64,000 bases of DNA from Eledone cirrhosa. Its lineage: Eukaryota. The position numbers and the translations under genes are program-made. Positions 59,715 to 64,000 of this stretch are shown piece after piece; position 1 is the stretch's first letter; every line of letters starts with the position of its first letter. The stretch covers positions 2,604,001-2,668,000 of the forward strand of contig OZ024757.1 of NCBI GenBank assembly GCA_964016885.1, given 5' to 3'. The notes beneath the pieces were generated by a model. The model worked only from the letters and a program-made list of their open reading frames with translations. It was not told where the DNA came from and did not search any database.

Positions 59715-60074
59715 ATCGACCAATCCGCCGATTTGACTTAAGAGTGAAGGAAAAAGAAGAGGACGAATTCGAAAAATGACAATCTATTAAAGTAGGAGAT
59801 TGCACTGTTGAGGAAATTGAAAAGGGTTAAAGTTATCCCAGTATTTATAGTGATGTTGGGAACTGTAACCTATACATTTGATATTAAGGAAATAGAAACT
59901 GTGTGCCCTTATTACTGTAGAGGCCTTTGGGAAACAGCGTGAATCATCAGGAAATTATGGACAGTTGATGAAGATAACATTTAGTGATAACTAAGACTAC
60001 TCAGGTTAGGGGTCGGTTAATAGAGGGGTTTTCAGCCCCTTATCTGAGAAAACAATCATATAATGATAGTAATA

Positions 60075-60260
60075 ATAATGTTTCTACTTTTGACACCAGG
60101 CCAGCAATTATCCCAGTGTATTACTCGTACTTTATTTTATCGACCCCGTAAGGAGGAAAGGCAAAGTTAACCTCGGTGGGATTTGAACTCAAAACGTAAA
60201 GGGCCCTAACTCTAGGCCTCAAAGCATGGCGTCTGACGCTCTACCGATACTGCTAAACAA
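60075..60260 (-). mobile_element. SINE
   Basis: Same family. Confidence 0.82.
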
Positions 60261-60548
60261 CCGCCATAATAATAATAATAATAATAATAGTAATAATAAT
60301 GTTTTCTTTATTGACCATAAAGGGTTTACATAAAAAATACATTTAAAACACCACAGGATGGTAGAGGGCGGTACAGGGTGGTACAGGGTGGTACAGGGTG
60401 GTACAGGGTGGTACAATGTGGGTTTCTGTGTGTAAAAATGAGTAAAAATCAAACAAACAAAAAACCAAGGATGTAACAAAAAAATATGAAACAAAAGAAA
60501 ATTTCCCAATAGTTGGGGGGGGGGGGGACTTCCGAGGGTTACAATGAT

Positions 60549-60733
60549 TATTGTTTCTACTTTTGGCACCAGGCCAGCAATTATCCCAGTGTATTACTGG
60601 TACTTTATTTTATCGACCCCGTAAGGATGAAAGGCAAAGTTAACCTCGGTGGGATTTTAACTCAGACCGTAAAGGGACGTAACTGTGCTGCAAAGCATGG
60701 CGTCCGACCCTCTACCGATACTGCCAATCCACC
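60549..60733 (-). mobile_element. SINE
   Basis: Same family. Confidence 0.85.
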
Positions 60734-60749
60734 GAATGATAATGAGACA

Positions 60750-61405
60750 TCATATTGACAAGAGGGGAGGCTAGCCCACTCTGTAGGACCCGTGGATATA
60801 TATATAGAGAGAGGAAGGAAACTGTGGCTGACATCGTATCCAAGTGTAAACACCCAAGCCTGACTCACCATAGAGGAAGGTGGAGTGATATCATAGGAAG
60901 TTATTCTTTGGCATTTATAAAAACTGAACCAATTACCTCAATCTGGTAAATAGTGTGAGCTGAAACCAGAGACGGAGAAAACTATCGGGTGAAGGTGTTG
61001 TGGGACTTCAGGATACACACGGACAGAGGATTAGAATAGGCCTGGCCTTACTTGATTGTAGATGTAGCCTGCCCCTTTGACACAAGAGAAAAGGAGTAAA
61101 TTAACCGAAACCAGGATTTAAAGTGGGAACTAAAAAGGATTTGAGACTGTCATGAGATGAAGGTTGTCCCGATTGTCAAGGAGCACTAGCTACTATCGCG
61201 AAGTGTTTCCAAGCCTGGTTAAAGAATATCTGTCCAGCCCCCTTTTGTGGAACATCCTACAAGGTTTTCCTACTGGGAACAGCAACAACCCTCCGATACG
61301 TCCTGAATATCTGAGGCTGCAGGTAGCGGCTTGATGTTCATTTCGACAAACTTTCCAGTTAAATAACATCAATGACTGAGTCTCCAAGAACAATAATAAT
61401 AATAA
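60750..61405 (+). mobile_element. Decayed R4/Dong-like non-LTR 3' fragment (restriction-like endonuclease)
   Basis: PLCR..ETVADIVSKC, VKVLWDFRIHTD, IVDVACPFD, DLKWELKRI, VVPIV, LLGTA; (AAT)n tail. Confidence 0.7.
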
Positions 61406-61580
61406 TGGTTTCTGATTTAGACACAAGGCCAGACATTTTGGAAGAAGGGAAAATCGATTAAACCGACCCCAGTGCGTTACTGGTACTTTATTTTATCGAA
61501 CCCGTAAGGATGAAAAGCAAAGCTAACCTCGACGGGATGAGGTTAACTTTGTTTTTCATCTTTATGGGGTCGATAAAATA
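61405..61580 (-). mobile_element. SINE fragment with short inverted piece
   Basis: SINE core on minus to about 61537, then a plus-strand core piece. Confidence 0.65.
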
Positions 61581-62135
61581 ATAATAATAATGGTTTCTTT
61601 ATTAACCACAAGGGTTTACATTAAGAGGACAATAAATACGGTACAGGACGGTACAGTGCAGGATTTTGTGTGAAAGAAAGGTTTATAACAAAGACTAAAC
61701 AATAATCATTTAAAATTTCCCCAAAAGGACACGCGTGAGGGTCACCCGTGATACCTCCGAGGGTCACCTGTGATACCTCCGAGGGTCACTCGTTGAGAAA
61801 GTCACGGATACCATGACCGCTAAGGCAAGTGCCCTCTCTCGGGTGTCCTCCTACAATTTATATAAACACACATACACACGCATATATATGCACGCATATA
61901 TAAACAAACACGCACACACATACGCACACACATGCACGCACATATAAATACACACACACACAAACATATATGCGTATATATATATATATATAGTTTTAGG
62001 AAACCACGTGTCTGATCAGCTATTGATTCGTTAGTCAGGCCTGATCGATATGGATCAGACCTTGAACTGATCAATCACGAAACGCGCGTAAAACCTGAAT
62101 AAACTTAATGATATGTTGACACTTCGTTTTTACTC

Positions 62136-62256
<121 letters not shown>

Positions 62257-62331
62257 CTGGAAGGTAATTACCCACAACTCGGTCCAAGGGACGAGTTAGG
62301 TAGAAGTGGTAACACAACAGTTAGTTCACCA

Positions 62332-62373
62332 TACCAAGAACAATTGTTTCACCTTACGGATCTTCAGCCCATA
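62332..62373 (-). ncRNA. Minimal hammerhead, family F13, in fold-back 62303-62478 (mirror at 62407-62449 plus, GAAA changed to GAGA)
   Basis: Reverse complement: tatggg CTGAAGA t cc gtaa gg t GAAA caattg TT cttggta. Confidence 0.62.
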
Positions 62374-63290
62374 CTGGTCATGGGTATACGGTATAATCAT
62401 GACCAGTACGAGCTGAAGATCCGCTAAGGTGAGACAATTGTTTTCGGTATGGTGAACTAACTGTTGTGTTACTACTTATATATATATATATATAAGAAAG
62501 ACGCGTTCCGAGTTGTCCGACAGACAACCTTTTCCCCCACCCCGGAAAAAACCCCAGTTGATGGATGTGAATCCGAAATATATAGGGACTATTAAATCTC
62601 TCCCAAGGTAACTCTCTCTCTCTTGTGTTGTTATTATTATTTTTATTCTTTTACTCTTCCCTTCATTCTACACATCTCACGCATCTCAACGTACACCCAC
62701 TTACATATCTCTCTCTCCACCACCGGACCTTGTTACCCGGAGATTTACCCATTTGCATTGTCGAGGCTTCCAAACGACTTATAAATATATATATATATAT
62801 ATATATATAGTAATAATAATAAATTTGATAATAATAATAAATAGATATATATATATATGGAAAGAGTGAAGAATAACATGGTCAACAGTACAAAAAGGGT
62901 TTTATTTACAGTATTAACAATTGTTTGATTGGTTAAGTTGTTTTAAAATTGCTAATCACTTGAAGATGTGTCACTCAATTTTAAATACGATGTATGCTTA
63001 ACCAAATCATCGGAAATTTTAAGACAAATTAATCAATGAAACAATTGTTAATACTGTAAATAAAACCCTTTTTGTACTGTTGACCATGTTATTCTTCAGT
63101 CTTTCACTATTATTACTCCAAGATTAACTTACATAGGAACTCCCGAGAACTCACAAACTCGCTACCTAAGGAAAGGACTTGTTGAGTCAAACAACGCCGT
63201 ACGCTAAAACTATCCACAATACGGTGTATTCACAACTTCTAACTGGATTACCTATAACGATAACTTGTTATCCCTTATATATATATATAT

Positions 63291-63436
63291 ATTATTTCTG
63301 AAGACGGCATATATATGAGTTGGTATGTATATTTGATTTTGATAGTTTGTATAATTTTGTATAATTTTGTACATAGATCTGTTAAATATACATGCCAATT
63401 CTAATATATATATCCCAGAAACGATCGTTAAATAAT
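63291..63436 (+). ncRNA. Type I hammerhead with a ~110-nt stem II, family F14
   Basis: attattt CTGAAGA cgg..gagttggtatgtatatttga..ttaaatatacatgccaattc..cca GAAA cgatcg TT aaataat. Confidence 0.75.
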
Positions 63437-63493
63437 GAACTTTTTTTGTTTAATATAAGGAACTGTTTCATTGTTTTATTCATTATTTTTTTA

Positions 63494-63543
<50 letters not shown>

Positions 63544-63732
63544 ATCTGAGTTTTTCGAATATTAATAACATTCGATTCGTTTGCAATTATGCAAACAAGC
63601 CTCAATTTTATAGCCATGCTAATATACAGATCTGACTGATCAGCCAGTCTGCTAATATGCAAATCAGGCCGATCAGTCACTGTGTACTTTTGAAAATAGC
63701 ATATATTTTCACTAGCTCTGAGAGTTTGGCAG

Positions 63733-63798
63733 GCGAACAGTGAGCTGTACTGATGAAGGGTGATACCCAGAAATATTAGTATCTGCAGTTCTGTTCGC
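63733..63798 (+). ncRNA. Type I hammerhead with long stem I, family F15, between inverted arms 63540-63618 and 63840-63922
   Basis: gcgaacagtgagctgta CTGATGA a gggt gat accc a GAAA tattagta TC tgcagttctgttcgc. Confidence 0.82.
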
Positions 63799-63967
63799 AT
63801 GCCAACACAAGAGCAAGAATGAAGGATTCATTCTACTGACATGGCTATAAAATTGAGGCTTGTTTGCATGATTGCAAACGAATCGAATGTTGTTATTAAT
63901 ATTCGAAGAGCTCAGATTACATTTATTGTATTCAGTCATGTAGAGCGAACATCTTCTTTATATATAA

Positions 63968-64000
<33 letters not shown>

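Overview
Gene-free, AT-rich animal repeat DNA, probably cephalopod/octopus (inference from the dense (TA)n/(CA)n microsatellites and the tRNA-derived SINE family). No host protein-coding gene can be supported; nearly all listed ORFs are microsatellite artefacts. Recognisable parts are decayed non-LTR retrotransposons (CRE-like, RTE, R4/Dong-like), a Penelope-like (PLE) GIY-YIG 3' fragment, about ten SINE copies and Helitron-like elements. The main signal is RNA-level. Most short 'unique' islands between (TA)n tracts contain a type I hammerhead ribozyme (HHR: stem I-CUGANGA-stem II-GAAA-stem III-UH-stem I). By eye I find about 16 distinct sequence families, often arranged as fold-back inverted repeats. 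The 14.2-kb, 633-bp tandem array (about 22.5 units) carries a complete HHR on the minus strand of every unit, like a retrozyme concatemer. Together this looks like an ecosystem of (TA)n-targeted, hammerhead-bearing non-autonomous retroelements probably mobilised by Penelope-like elements. It shows recurring atypical features: a U-U 10.1/11.1 pair, U4 core variants, palindromic stem III, and fold-back points inside the ribozyme. All folds were read by eye; cleavage activity and expression are untested.
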